A stretch of DNA of 64,000 nt. It comes from Spirochaetia bacterium. Its GTDB lineage: Bacteria > Spirochaetota > Spirochaetia > SZUA-6 > Bin103. The position numbers and the translations under genes are program-made. Position 1 is the first letter of the stretch. Each line of letters opens with the position of its first letter. The notes beneath the pieces are model-generated. The model did no database searches and was not told the origin of the DNA. It saw nothing but the letters and a program-made list of their open reading frames with translations. Shown one piece after another: positions 17,766 to 27,524 of the stretch. The stretch lies in contig CBDBOV010000004.1 of assembly GCA_965208575.1 (NCBI GenBank), positions 544,001 to 608,000 of the forward strand. Direction: 5' to 3'.

Positions 17766-19613
17766 CTAATGACCCATTGCTTCCTTCAGCTCCTGGTCGA
17801 TCCAGAGGCGGGCGGCGATGGTATATTCAACTTGGTTAGGGAACAGTCTCAATTCTCCGTTATAACCTTTGACCCACGGCTGGGTCACGCTCGTCCACGG
17901 TGTTACATTACCAGCAAATACGACCCAGTGCCTCTCTATTGCGTACATATTCAGCTCTCTCACCAAAAGCAATTGCTCTTCTTCCGTGCTTACCTTTTCG
18001 GCGGCTGCCAACATGGCGTCATAAACCGGATCGTTCACATTGGCGGAGTTAACATCAGCACCAGTCTTGTACGTAGCCATCATGTTCCAAGGCGGGAACG
18101 TCCCCGTGTCGGCTATTAGGGGGGACCAAATCATGTCATGATCTCTAGCTTTCCTTCTACTAACCACCTCATCACTTGTCACTACATCAACCTCTACATC
18201 AACGCCAATGTCACGATAGTATGTAGCGGCTAGTAATTCTATATAGTCCGGATCGAATCTATCACCCCAGGTCACTGAGGCCTTGAACCTGATGCCGTCG
18301 GCCCCGCGCGGATACCCCGCCTCATCAAGGAGCTTCTCGGCCCCTGCCGGGTCATACCTATAGCCTTTCTTGACCTCGTCGGGCCATTCTTCGAATGGGG
18401 TGCCAGCCAGTGGGACATCGTTGGCAATCAGTCCCTGAGGTCCCGACATTCCCCACCCTTTGAAGTAGGTCTCGTTCAGTGTCTCAAGGTCCAGTGCCAT
18501 CTGCATTGCCTTGCGCACCCGGATGTCATCAAAGGGTGGCCTCTGCGTGTTCATGCCAATACCACGGTCCCCCCGTACAATATGCTCCCATATCACGATT
18601 TCGGGGTTGGTCCGCTGCATGCTCTCCACCTTGTCGATACTGTTGAGCGGCGGAGGATAGGAGAGCACGGTGCCGCTGTAATCGATCTTACCCGTGCGCA
18701 GTGCCGCGATTAGTGTTGCTGGGTCTGGCAAAACCTTGACCCTTAACTCGTCAACATAGGGCAAGCGGTTGCCCGGATATTTTTCGTCGTCGCTCCAGTA
18801 GTCAGGATTCTTGGTAAGGGTCATAGAGCTGTCCTCGACAAAGTCAGTCAGCATCCAGGGTCCGGTGCCGACCACGTTCCTCCAATCCTTCATGTCACCG
18901 TATTCCTCGATTACCTCCCGTGCAACAATATAGTGAACTACATTGCCGATGATAGACCGCAGCGCACGGGCGTCTGGCCGCGTCAGCTTAAAAACAACCG
19001 TCCATTTGTCCGTTGCTGTTATCGATTCGATCGGCATCGTATCCCACCCATCATACCAGAGGCCGGGGGTAGGTTCGGCTTCACTGAACTCGGTCCCTGT
19101 CAATACATTTCCCAAATTGCGGTGAAAGGTATATTCTACATCATCGGCAGTCAGCTCCCGACCGTTCACCGGTGGTTTATCGTGGAAGTGAACGCCCTGG
19201 CGGATGTGGATGGTATAGGTGAGGCCGTCCTCGGAAAAGTCCCAGCTTTCCGCCAGCGCCCCTCTTAAGCCAAATAGAGGAGAGGCAAAATTTGACCAGT
19301 CAAATTCGTCCCTATCTATTGCCCAGTCGCCGATGCTTAGCGGCTCTAGAACACCATGGAGTATGGTGAGGGTGGCCCAGGCACTGGCAAAATACGGGTC
19401 AGCATTCGGAGGAAAGCCATGCTGCTTGGATATGGTCAATGTCCCGCCATACTCTGGCGCGGACACTGCCTTACCGGTAGTGGGGTCGGTCACATACTTC
19501 TTGTCGGCAGCGGCTGCCGGCGCGTCTTCGTCTGCCCCAGTGGCCCACAGGCCGGTTGCGCTCAGAATCACGACCAACGCAATCGCGAAGGTCCTTGCAA
19601 AAATGATTTTCAT
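17766..19613 (-). CDS. Family-5 ABC substrate-binding protein
   Basis: Same N-terminus as 8810 (ILSATGLWA..AAADKKYVTDP.TGK); LAESW, VGTGPW, VRKAMQMALD. Confidence 0.93.
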   Translation of the reverse strand: MKIIFARTFAIALVVILSATGLWATGADEDAPAAAADKKYVTDPTTGKAVSAPEYGGTLTISKQHGFPPNADPYFASAWATLTILHGVLEPLSIGDWAIDRDEFDWSNFASPLFGLRGALAESWDFSEDGLTYTIHIRQGVHFHDKPPVNGRELTADDVEYTFHRNLGNVLTGTEFSEAEPTPGLWYDGWDTMPIESITATDKWTVVFKLTRPDARALRSIIGNVVHYIVAREVIEEYGDMKDWRNVVGTGPWMLTDFVEDSSMTLTKNPDYWSDDEKYPGNRLPYVDELRVKVLPDPATLIAALRTGKIDYSGTVLSYPPPLNSIDKVESMQRTNPEIVIWEHIVRGDRGIGMNTQRPPFDDIRVRKAMQMALDLETLNETYFKGWGMSGPQGLIANDVPLAGTPFEEWPDEVKKGYRYDPAGAEKLLDEAGYPRGADGIRFKASVTWGDRFDPDYIELLAATYYRDIGVDVEVDVVTSDEVVSRRKARDHDMIWSPLIADTGTFPPWNMMATYKTGADVNSANVNDPVYDAMLAAAEKVSTEEEQLLLVRELNMYAIERHWVVFAGNVTPWTSVTQPWVKGYNGELRLFPNQVEYTIAARLWIDQELKEAMGH

Positions 19614-19636
19614 TGTTTTTGTCCATCATTTTGATC

Positions 19637-19797
19637 TTGAGAGTATTACGGAGCGGCCTGCCGCTCCCTGGCTACTCTCGCGCCCGCAACGCAGACGGCC
19701 GGCCAGACAGAGTCAGATTTGTGAAGCGCGCGGCGTGTGACTCACCGGGTTCACCCCGGCTCACGCCGCGCGCGCGTGCGGTTCTTTGAGTATCATT
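19637..19797 (-). ncRNA. Second copy of the structured SBP leader
   Basis: Reverse complement aligns to 8631-8788 with stems preserved. Confidence 0.55.
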
Positions 19798-19807
19798 CGA
19801 ACCTCTT

Positions 19808-20320
19808 GTGCGCCGGCACAAACCGGCAGGGTGTTGTGAATGAAGGAGTCATACGTCGAAGGGCTAGCGACCCACGGCGGCCCCGAGTCATGCGCCGTCG
19901 CTCGTAAGGGCGGGGGTGAAGCGTTGACAGGGGTACGTGCGGGCCGGGTATCGAGCCGCGAAAGGAATTACTTTGGGGTGCCGACGCCGTAGGAGGATGC
20001 GGGACATCCGTGGGTTCTTCGATGCCATCGACCACGGTTGGCTGGTGAAGACCGAGCTTCGGCGGCGCCTGCACGATCCGGTCCCGGAGGTGGGAAGCTG
20101 GCTGCGCTCGGTTGTGGGTGGGCACCTGCGCTACTACGGGGTGCCCAGGAACTCCCGCGCACTCCGCCTGTTCCGCCTCCGGGTTGGTCGGCTCTGGTAT
20201 CGGTCGATGCGGCGGCGCAGTCAGAAAACCCGGCTTACCTGGGAGCGGATGAGCCGTCTGCTCGACCACTGGTTGCCGCCGCCCCGAGTGTGCCATCCCT
20301 ATCCCTTGCACCGCCTTGGC
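19808..20320 (+). mobile_element. Internally deleted group II intron (5' end plus RT/maturase scraps)
   Basis: GTGCG 5' boundary and domain-I-like sequence; DIRGFFDAIDHGWL joined to ..GHLRYYGVPRN..RRRSQK..W..CHPYP; no domain V/VI. Confidence 0.8.
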
Positions 20321-20489
20321 GGGACGGTTGCGGTCGCCTGGAAGGACGAGGGCGGCCAGCATGCCGGTTCGGCGATGGACCGAGCGGGCGCCACCGATAG
20401 CTACGGCGGTGGTGAAGGCGACGGTGTGCGCGGGGGCGCCTACGGGGCGCTCAGACTGAGCGGTTAATGCTTTTTCTGATAAAGAGTTG

Positions 20490-20800
20490 CGGGGGGGGGG
20501 TATGATGCACCGGTCGCGTCACAGCGAACCGGTCACTGCGCTGACTGTCATCAAGGCGCTTCATCGGCATCCGTCGACCCCAAGCCAAGTATGATAGCGT
20601 GGGCGCGGCGCACTGTCAACGACTCGGAACTCACCAAATCCGGCCGTTCCGGACGCCCGCCAGCGTCGCCGCCACCGGAGGTGGTGACGTTGAGGTGACC
20701 GCCAACGGGCGACTGCGCTGACGGTTATCATGGCGCGTCATCATCGATCCGTCGAACCCCAGGCGAGGCAAGCTTGCTGTGGGCGCGGGCACCCTGTCAT
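20490..20800 (-). repeat. Two tandem copies of the promoter/leader repeat with a C10 tract
   Basis: Reverse complement of the 8150-8350 units; TTGACA(20619)-17-TATCAT; G10 at 20491-20500. Confidence 0.8.
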
Positions 20801-20886
20801 TTGGGCCGACCCGTGGGACCCGTACGTGCGCGGCGGACCGGCACCGGATCACGGTGTGGGGGATGTGAGCCGCCGGGGGATCAGAA

Positions 20887-21087
20887 CTATGTGGTTGTGA
20901 ATTCGACCGACGCCAACTCGTTCTCCGGGGCACGCTTGGAGACATCCAGAAACTCCACGCCCACGACTTGGTCGTCGTCGTCGTAATCGAGGATGACTCC
21001 CGGCCGGATCTCCTCCGATTCCACGATCCGGCTGTCGTCAAGACGGAAGTAGAGGGCATCAACCCGCTTATCCACTCTTACTCTCAC
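20887..21087 (-). CDS. DUF2283-type small protein (putative antitoxin)
   Basis: VDALYFRL..ESEEI.PGVILDYD...VVGVEFL; upstream relic ..VTAFFDRR of a partner toxin. Confidence 0.8.
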   Translation of the reverse strand: MRVRVDKRVDALYFRLDDSRIVESEEIRPGVILDYDDDDQVVGVEFLDVSKRAPENELASVEFTTT

Positions 21088-21176
21088 GGCTTACCCTCCT
21101 GTCGAAGAAAGCGGTTACCTTTCTGTTCGCCTGGACGTTCACAACCACTCTCAGCCAGCGCCCGCCAAACGCCGCG

Positions 21177-22595
21177 TCAGCTTGTCCCCCACTCCGCCCA
21201 CTTGTCCGGGTTGGCCCACTGCTGGCCCACCTCGACGAAGCCGCGCGGACCGCGGACGCCGTGTTCGAACGGGTCGCCGGTGGCCTCCATCCAGCGGTGC
21301 AAGCGCTGCTCCATCTCCTGCACGACCGGACGCGCGGCCGCCGAATACGCCAGGTTGTTCATTTCCAGCGGGTCTTCCTGCCGGTCGAACAGCCAGGGGC
21401 TGCGCTCGTTGGCGTACCAGCGGGCGTAGGTGTAGCGCGCGGTGCGCACGGCGCGCCAGCGCCCCACCCAGCCGTAGCGGTTGGGCCAGCCGTTGGCCAT
21501 GTTCATCAGGTACACCGACTCGCTTGCCCCCGGGGCGTGCGGCGGGTCGGCGGGCACCGGCTGCCCGCGCCACACCGGCGACAGGTCGCGGCCCTGCAGG
21601 CCGGCCGGCAATGGCACGCCGCAGGCGCCGAGCAGGCTCGGCACGATGTCTATGGCGCCCATGAAGGCGTCGCTGCGCGTGCCCGCCGGGGTGTTGCCCG
21701 GCCAGCGGATCACGAACGGCACGTGCGCGGAGTCCTCGTACGGGGTGGCCTTGGAGGCGCGCCGGGTGTGGTGCAGCCAGGTCTCGTTGGGCTTGCCGTA
21801 GCCGTGGGCGCGGATGTGGTCGCCGTGGTCCGAGCTGTAGCACACGATGGTGTCGTCGGCGACCTGCAAGCGGTCGAGCGCCGCCAGCAGGCGACCCATC
21901 TCCACGTCGAGCCCGGTGCAGCAGGCGTAGTAGTCGGCCAGCTCGCGGCGGGCGTGGTCGGCCAGGGCGTCGGGTACGTTGGCCGGCAGATCGACCGCCG
22001 CCGGATCGTAGCGCTCGATGGAATCGGGAAACTGCTCGTACGGCCAGTGCGGCGGCCGCCACGACAGGAACAGGGCAAACGGATCGTCGGGCCGCTCCGC
22101 GCGGTGGCGCTCCAGGTAGCGGATCGCCAGGTCGGTCTCGACAGTCGGCCCCCAGCCCGGAAAGGCGGTCGGCCCGTGCTCGTTCTCGTAGTAGGGCTGG
22201 TCGAAGTAGCCGCGGCCGGGGCCGACCGCGGCCAGGTAGTCGATCCCGTACCTGCCCTCCTCGGTATACGGTCCCTTGCCGAGGTGGAAGGTACCGACGT
22301 GGGCGGTCCCGTAGCCGTGCTCGCGCAAGGTTCCCGGCAAGGTCGGGATATCGCGCCGCGGCCGATACTCGTTGTCGATCACGCCATTGCGCCAGCCGAA
22401 CCGACCGGTGAGGAGAATCGCCCGGTACGGCGAGCACAGGGGGTGGTTGGAGAACATGTTGTCGCAGACCATGCCCTCGGCCGCCATCCGGTCGAGCACG
22501 GGGGTGCGTACCACGCGGTTGCCATTGGCGCCGAGGGCGCTGTAGCGCTGCTGGTCCGAGAACACGAACACGATGTTGGGTCGCCTGCTGCTCAT
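21177..22595 (-). CDS. Cys-type sulfatase
   Basis: PNIVFVFSDQ, CSPYRAILLTG, SSDHG. Confidence 0.93.
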   Translation of the reverse strand: MSSRRPNIVFVFSDQQRYSALGANGNRVVRTPVLDRMAAEGMVCDNMFSNHPLCSPYRAILLTGRFGWRNGVIDNEYRPRRDIPTLPGTLREHGYGTAHVGTFHLGKGPYTEEGRYGIDYLAAVGPGRGYFDQPYYENEHGPTAFPGWGPTVETDLAIRYLERHRAERPDDPFALFLSWRPPHWPYEQFPDSIERYDPAAVDLPANVPDALADHARRELADYYACCTGLDVEMGRLLAALDRLQVADDTIVCYSSDHGDHIRAHGYGKPNETWLHHTRRASKATPYEDSAHVPFVIRWPGNTPAGTRSDAFMGAIDIVPSLLGACGVPLPAGLQGRDLSPVWRGQPVPADPPHAPGASESVYLMNMANGWPNRYGWVGRWRAVRTARYTYARWYANERSPWLFDRQEDPLEMNNLAYSAAARPVVQEMEQRLHRWMEATGDPFEHGVRGPRGFVEVGQQWANPDKWAEWGTS

Positions 22596-22821
22596 GCCCG
22601 CAGCCTACCCGCAACAGCACCGGCGATGATACCGGGCCACCGATCGCGCGGGAGTCGTACCCCGGCGTCGAGCAGCACCCTCACTCGATGATCGTCAGGG
22701 CCCTCAGTTTGTCAATGCCGTCGGTTGAGATCTCAAGGTACGACTCGACCTGCCACCTCTCGACGGTGGGAAAGTCCCGCAGGAATTCGTCAATGGAGTG
22801 ATCGCTCCTGAGAAACAACAA

Positions 22822-24210
22822 TCAGGCGGCCTCCGGGACAAGCTCATAACCGAGTGCGTGTGCCTGCCTTCGGAGCCGGCGTTCAAAGCGGCGCCGGTCC
22901 TGGCGCTCCTCGGCGGCGAGGATGCTGTCATCGTAGGCCACGCGATGCGTGATCAGATGGTAGATGATCCGAGCCAGTTTATGCGCGACTGCAGTGGTCG
23001 CTTCGGGAGTACCCAGACGCGCCCGCATGCGGCGGAAGTGCTGGCCCAGGGCCGATGGGCTGCGGTACAACGACTGGGTCGCCCAGTGCAGCGCCTGGGC
23101 GGCCCGATTGGTGCCCCGACCGGTGTGCGAGCTGATGATCTTGCCGCCGGTGATCTGGTTGTGGGGGCACAGGTGCAGCCAGGAGGCGAATTGCGGTGCG
23201 GTCGGAAAGCGGGACAGTTCCGGGCCGAGTTCGGTGAACAGAACCAGCGCCGTACTTTCGCCGATGCCGGGAATCAGCGTCAGGTCAGTGCCGAACAGGT
23301 GCGTAAGGTGGCCGCGCAGGTCGAACCGCTTGGCCGGTGACTCGGTTGGCGCCTCGGGCTCCGCATCGATTCCCTCATCCGGTGGGTCGTCGCCCACCGC
23401 GCCGGGTGGCTCGCTGCTGGCTTCGAACGCGCGGATGCCGGCTTCGATTTCCTGATCGCACTCCGTGATGAGTTGTTGGTAGTGGGCATAGGTCGCTCGC
23501 GCGTGCCGCAACGCCAACAGGTGCTCGGCGCGCCAGTCGCCCTGCAGCGCCTTGATCAAGGTCTCGCGGCTGGCTTTGATCCGCCGGTCGGCCAGAGCGG
23601 CCAACCGCGCCGGATCCCGCTCACCCGCCAGGATAGCGTCCGTAATGGCCAGACCGGTCGTCCCCGTCAGGTCAGAGATGGCATGGTGCAGATGCACGTT
23701 CATCTGGCTGTACGCCTTCTGCATGTGCAACACGCTGCGCGACGCCATCTTGATCAAGGTGTCGCGATGGCGCAGCACCGAGCGCAGTGCACACACCTCG
23801 TCGGCAGGGCGGAATGAGCCGCGCAGCAATCCCACCGAGTGCAGGTAGCGCAACCACTCGCAGTCGGCCACGTCGGACTTCCGACCGGGTACCGAGTGCA
23901 CGTGACGCGCATTCACCAGCACCACGTCGAAGCCGTGTGCCTCCAGGATCTGATACACCGGAATCCAGTACACACCGGTGGACTCCATCGCCACCGTGGT
24001 GACCTCGCATTCCTTGAGCCAGTCGGCCAAGGCGTGCAGGTCCGCGGTGAACGTAGCAAAGTTCCGGATCGGGTCCGGGTCGCGCTCCGGGCGCACAGCC
24101 GCGTACACCTCGGTAGCGCCTATGTCCAAGCCGGCAGCGTCCGGGTGCATCACCTTTGGTTGCGCTGTGCGACTGCCCTTGCCCTTGCGTCTGTGTCTGC
24201 GTCGTGCCAT
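22822..24210 (-). CDS. IS110 DEDD recombinase/transposase
   Basis: GLDIG, MESTGVYW, KSDVAD, IPGIG, AVAHKLARIIY. Confidence 0.95.
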   Translation of the reverse strand: MARRRHRRKGKGSRTAQPKVMHPDAAGLDIGATEVYAAVRPERDPDPIRNFATFTADLHALADWLKECEVTTVAMESTGVYWIPVYQILEAHGFDVVLVNARHVHSVPGRKSDVADCEWLRYLHSVGLLRGSFRPADEVCALRSVLRHRDTLIKMASRSVLHMQKAYSQMNVHLHHAISDLTGTTGLAITDAILAGERDPARLAALADRRIKASRETLIKALQGDWRAEHLLALRHARATYAHYQQLITECDQEIEAGIRAFEASSEPPGAVGDDPPDEGIDAEPEAPTESPAKRFDLRGHLTHLFGTDLTLIPGIGESTALVLFTELGPELSRFPTAPQFASWLHLCPHNQITGGKIISSHTGRGTNRAAQALHWATQSLYRSPSALGQHFRRMRARLGTPEATTAVAHKLARIIYHLITHRVAYDDSILAAEERQDRRRFERRLRRQAHALGYELVPEAA

Positions 24211-24229
24211 GAAACCTCCGCTACGACTG

Positions 24230-24420
24230 AGTGGTGCGGCCAAGGCGTGTGTAGCAGGTATTCTCCTGAACGGGATGATCGCCACCCGGCCGCGCCGGCT
24301 GACAACCTCACCAATGACTACGCCACCCGCCCCGGGGCCAAGCTCTTGAACGGGTTCGCAGAACGTAACGCCAGTGACGCGCCGGCCTACTTTCGCGCTC
24401 CACCCAGAACTCTGCCCACA
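24230..24420 (-). ncRNA. Putative IS110 bridge RNA
   Basis: Non-coding left end contains cccgtTCAAGAGC (= target flank) and cccgtTCAGGAG (= IS right end); RNA boundaries approximate. Confidence 0.65.
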
Positions 24421-24729
24421 CTATAGCTCACCCTTGTTTCTTTCATGACTGCGCCGGCCCAGGGGCCGGTGGGATAGCTCTTGAGATAGTCGACAAGCGT
24501 TTCGACAGGCACGCGAGTCGCCGCGAACACCAAATCCCCACTGTGAATTTCGGGGTTACGAGAAACCACTCTGCCAAGTTCTACAGAACCATCGCCCGCT
24601 TCACTCATGGAATGCCCTCGACCGGATCGTAGTCCGGATGCACAGCATCGTTCAAGCTGGGCATTGGCGCGCCGCATCGGTGCGGTCATACTTCGCCGAT
24701 CCCGGCGCACCCAACCTTGGAGGAGTTAC

Positions 24730-26676
24730 ATGACCACTACGACCGGTATACGAATGAGGCGCGTTGATGCTGGCTCGTTCCTGATGGGGAACGACCGCCC
24801 ACTGCCCGACGCACTGCTGTCTCCCTCCTGCTTCCGCCACGGCGATTTCGACGAGGTGCCCGTGCACCGCGTTACCATCACCAGGCCGTTCCACTTGGCG
24901 GAGTGCCAAGTAACCAACGCCCAGTACGAGTTGTTCGACCCGGCGCACCGGGAACTGCGCGGCAAGCTGGGGTTCTCCGGGGATGACGACGAAGCCGTGG
25001 TGTTCGTGAGCTGGCATGACGCCGCCGCCTACTGCCGCTGGCTGTCCGAGCGCGAGGGAGCCGAGTTCCGCCTGCCCACCGAGGCGGAGTGGGAATACGC
25101 GTGCCGGGCCGGCTCCTCGACACCGTTCTGGAGCGGAGATGCGCCGCCGCCGGGGGTGGCTAAGAACCAGCGCCGTACCTGGTTTCCCGACCCGTCGCGC
25201 AGCACCGGCGACAACGTCGCCCCGCTGCACGTCGGTCGTACGCCCGCCAACCCGTGGGGCCTGTTCGACATGCACGGCAACGTCGAAGAGTGGTGCCTGG
25301 ACTGGTACGGCCCCTACCTCGAGCGCGACGCGAGCGACCCCGTCGGCGTCCCCGAAGGCGATTTCCGAGTCACCCGCGGCGGCAGCCACTCGACCGAAAC
25401 CTACTACCTCAGGTCGGCCAACCGGGCGGCAGCCCTGCCGCAGGAACGCAACTGGCTGATCGGGTTCCGTGTCGTGTGCGCCGACTGCCCGACGCCGCCG
25501 GGACCGGCCCGCAAGGCGCCGGTGAAACTGCACGGCAGCAATGTGCTGCAGACTACCGCCGCGGAGAAGTCAGCTTCGGACGATGATCCTTTCTTCCGCG
25601 GGCCGGTCCGCTACGTCCACATTCCTCCCCGTTCTTACGGACCCCTGTTCAGCACGCACAATCACGACCCGGCGATCTGCCAGTGCCCCAACGGCGACCT
25701 GCTGGCCATCTGGTACAGTTGCGTCGAGGAACCGGGCCGGGAACTGGGCATACTGGCCAGCCGTCTGCGTGCCGGAGCCGATTCCTGGGAGCCGGCGTCG
25801 GTGTTCTGGGACGCCCCCGACCGCAACGACCACGCGCCCGCCCTGCTGTGCGACGGCGGGCGGGTGTACCACTTCAACGGCATGTCGGCGGCTGCCACCT
25901 GGGGACCGCTGAGGACGGTCCTGCGCACTTCCAACGACAGCGGCGCCACCTGGAGCCGGGCCAGGTTCATCAGCGGCGAGCACGGCCCGCGCCAGATGCC
26001 GATCGCATCGGCGTTCACGCTGCGCGACGGAACCCTGGTGCTGCCGTGCGACGCGGTCAGCATCGGCCACGGCGGCACCGCCCTGTGGATGAGCGCCGAC
26101 GGCGGCGAGACGTGGCGCGACGCCGGCGGCACCATCGCCGGAATCCACGCATCGGCGGTGGAACTCGGCGACGGACGGCTGCTGGCCTTCGGGCGCGGCG
26201 ACGAGGTGGACGGCACCCTGACAATGAGCGTATCCGCCGACCGCGGCACGACCTGGCAGTACTCGGCCAGTCCGTTTCCCCCCATCGGCGGCTCGCAGCG
26301 CCTGGTACTGCAACGGGTTCGCGGTACCTGCAGCGCGGGCGCCGATCCGATTCTGCTCATCTCCTTCGCCAACGCGCCCGCCGAAGCCGACGACGCCTTC
26401 ACCATCGAGGACGCCGGCGGCCGCCGGGGAGTCTCCGGCATGTTCTGCGCCCTGTCCTTCGACGACAGCGAGACCTGGCCGTTCCGCCGCCTGGTCAGCG
26501 ACGGCGGACCGGCCCGCGTCATCGAAGCGATGGATGGATTCCCGTGCCTCATGGGAACCCGGCACGCCGAGGCGAACGGCTACCTCACCGCCTGCCAGTC
26601 CGCGGACGGCCGCGTCCACCTGATCAGCAGCAGCAACCACTACTCGTTCAACCTGGCCTGGCTCGTGGATCGCTGA
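24730..26676 (+). CDS. FGE/SUMF1-like domain fused to a BNR/Asp-box sialidase-like propeller
   Basis: RLPTEAEWEYACR, GLFDMHGNVEEW, RGGS; Asp-boxes SNDSGATW, SADGGETW, SADRGTTW, SFDDSETW. Confidence 0.88.
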   Translation: MTTTTGIRMRRVDAGSFLMGNDRPLPDALLSPSCFRHGDFDEVPVHRVTITRPFHLAECQVTNAQYELFDPAHRELRGKLGFSGDDDEAVVFVSWHDAAAYCRWLSEREGAEFRLPTEAEWEYACRAGSSTPFWSGDAPPPGVAKNQRRTWFPDPSRSTGDNVAPLHVGRTPANPWGLFDMHGNVEEWCLDWYGPYLERDASDPVGVPEGDFRVTRGGSHSTETYYLRSANRAAALPQERNWLIGFRVVCADCPTPPGPARKAPVKLHGSNVLQTTAAEKSASDDDPFFRGPVRYVHIPPRSYGPLFSTHNHDPAICQCPNGDLLAIWYSCVEEPGRELGILASRLRAGADSWEPASVFWDAPDRNDHAPALLCDGGRVYHFNGMSAAATWGPLRTVLRTSNDSGATWSRARFISGEHGPRQMPIASAFTLRDGTLVLPCDAVSIGHGGTALWMSADGGETWRDAGGTIAGIHASAVELGDGRLLAFGRGDEVDGTLTMSVSADRGTTWQYSASPFPPIGGSQRLVLQRVRGTCSAGADPILLISFANAPAEADDAFTIEDAGGRRGVSGMFCALSFDDSETWPFRRLVSDGGPARVIEAMDGFPCLMGTRHAEANGYLTACQSADGRVHLISSSNHYSFNLAWLVDR

Positions 26677-26699
26677 GAGGATTGCCGGGGGCTGGCTTA

Positions 26700-26800
26700 A
26701 TCAGGCGGCGCAGTACTTGCGGCTCAATGGGGCTGCGATACCAGCACGCGCAGCGTGTGGGTAACCTGGTTCAACGGTTGGCGGACGGTGGACATGGTTC
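26700..26800 (-). pseudogene. 5' remnant of a desaturase-like paralog of 33864-35039
   Basis: MSTVRQPLNQVTHTLRV / WYRSPIEPQVLRRL vs MPVDRPPLNEVTRTKRVRWYRSPIEPQALRRL. Confidence 0.7.
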
Positions 26801-26898
26801 CAACCACCAACTCTGCCGGAACCCACTGGAGCAGCGCACGGTCGGCCGAGCCACTGACGCTCAGCAAAGTGCCGAACGGTGGGTGGCCGTCCTGTCGG

Positions 26899-27213
26899 TC
26901 AGCCGAGATCAAGCGCGAAGCGCACGGCGGTCGCGACCTGCTCCATCAGACGCGGGGAGAGCGTCGTGATCAGGGCACCGAGTTTGCCCCGTTGCACCGT
27001 CTGGACGTGGTCGCAGTTCACGGCGCACTCTCGCGGCATGCCGTCCTCCAGGGAGAGGAGCACCTCGCTCGGGATGTCGCGAATTCGCGTCGTGACGGGT
27101 GCTACCGTCACCTCCCCCAAGTACGGAATGATCGAGTCACGCGTCAGGACCAGAACGGGTCTCCGCTTGTCCGGTGACGCGAATCGATACCAGCGGATCT
27201 CGGCGCGTTTCAC
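26899..27213 (-). CDS. PemK/MazF toxin
   Basis: KRRPVLVLT, VAPVTT, NCDHVQTV; GTG start. Confidence 0.88.
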   Translation of the reverse strand: MKRAEIRWYRFASPDKRRPVLVLTRDSIIPYLGEVTVAPVTTRIRDIPSEVLLSLEDGMPRECAVNCDHVQTVQRGKLGALITTLSPRLMEQVATAVRFALDLG

Positions 27214-27235
27214 CGGCGATGTCCCACGCCCCCGG

Positions 27236-27487
27236 TCAAGCGCCGTCGTCCCAGGCCTCGCCACCCCACGCCCGGTCTCCCTCGGGAACGTCGAACTCCG
27301 CGCGTGACGGCGGGTGCTTCCGGTAGCCGGCGACGTGGCGCGCCTCAAGTTCGGCTTCCTCGTGCCGCTGCAGTGCGGCACGGAGCGCGTCGCGAGTGAA
27401 GGAGGACCTGGTGATACTGAGCTTCCTGGCGACCTGGTCGACCTTGGCAAGCAACTCGGGATCCATCGTCATCTGTACGGTCGGCAT
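27236..27487 (-). CDS. Ribbon-helix-helix (CopG-type) antitoxin
   Basis: VQMTMDPELL..VD..A......RS.F.R.AL; palindrome tagctacaattttagcta (27487-27504) at the start. Confidence 0.85.
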   Translation of the reverse strand: MPTVQMTMDPELLAKVDQVARKLSITRSSFTRDALRAALQRHEEAELEARHVAGYRKHPPSRAEFDVPEGDRAWGGEAWDDGA

Positions 27488-27524
27488 AGCTACAATTTTA
27501 GCTACGAACATGTCTGTGCCACAA

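Larger units (their letters stand above)
22804..24480 (-). mobile_element. IS110-family insertion sequence
   Basis: Ends defined by the reconstituted DUF433 frame; shared core gctc at 22804-22807 and 24477-24480; no long TIR or TSD. Confidence 0.9.
22681..24608 (-). pseudogene. DUF433 gene interrupted by IS110
   Basis: PEIHSGDLVFAATRVPVETLVDYLKS (24608-24477) rejoins in frame with DHSIDEFLRDFPTVERWQV..IIE* (22803-22681). Confidence 0.88.
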
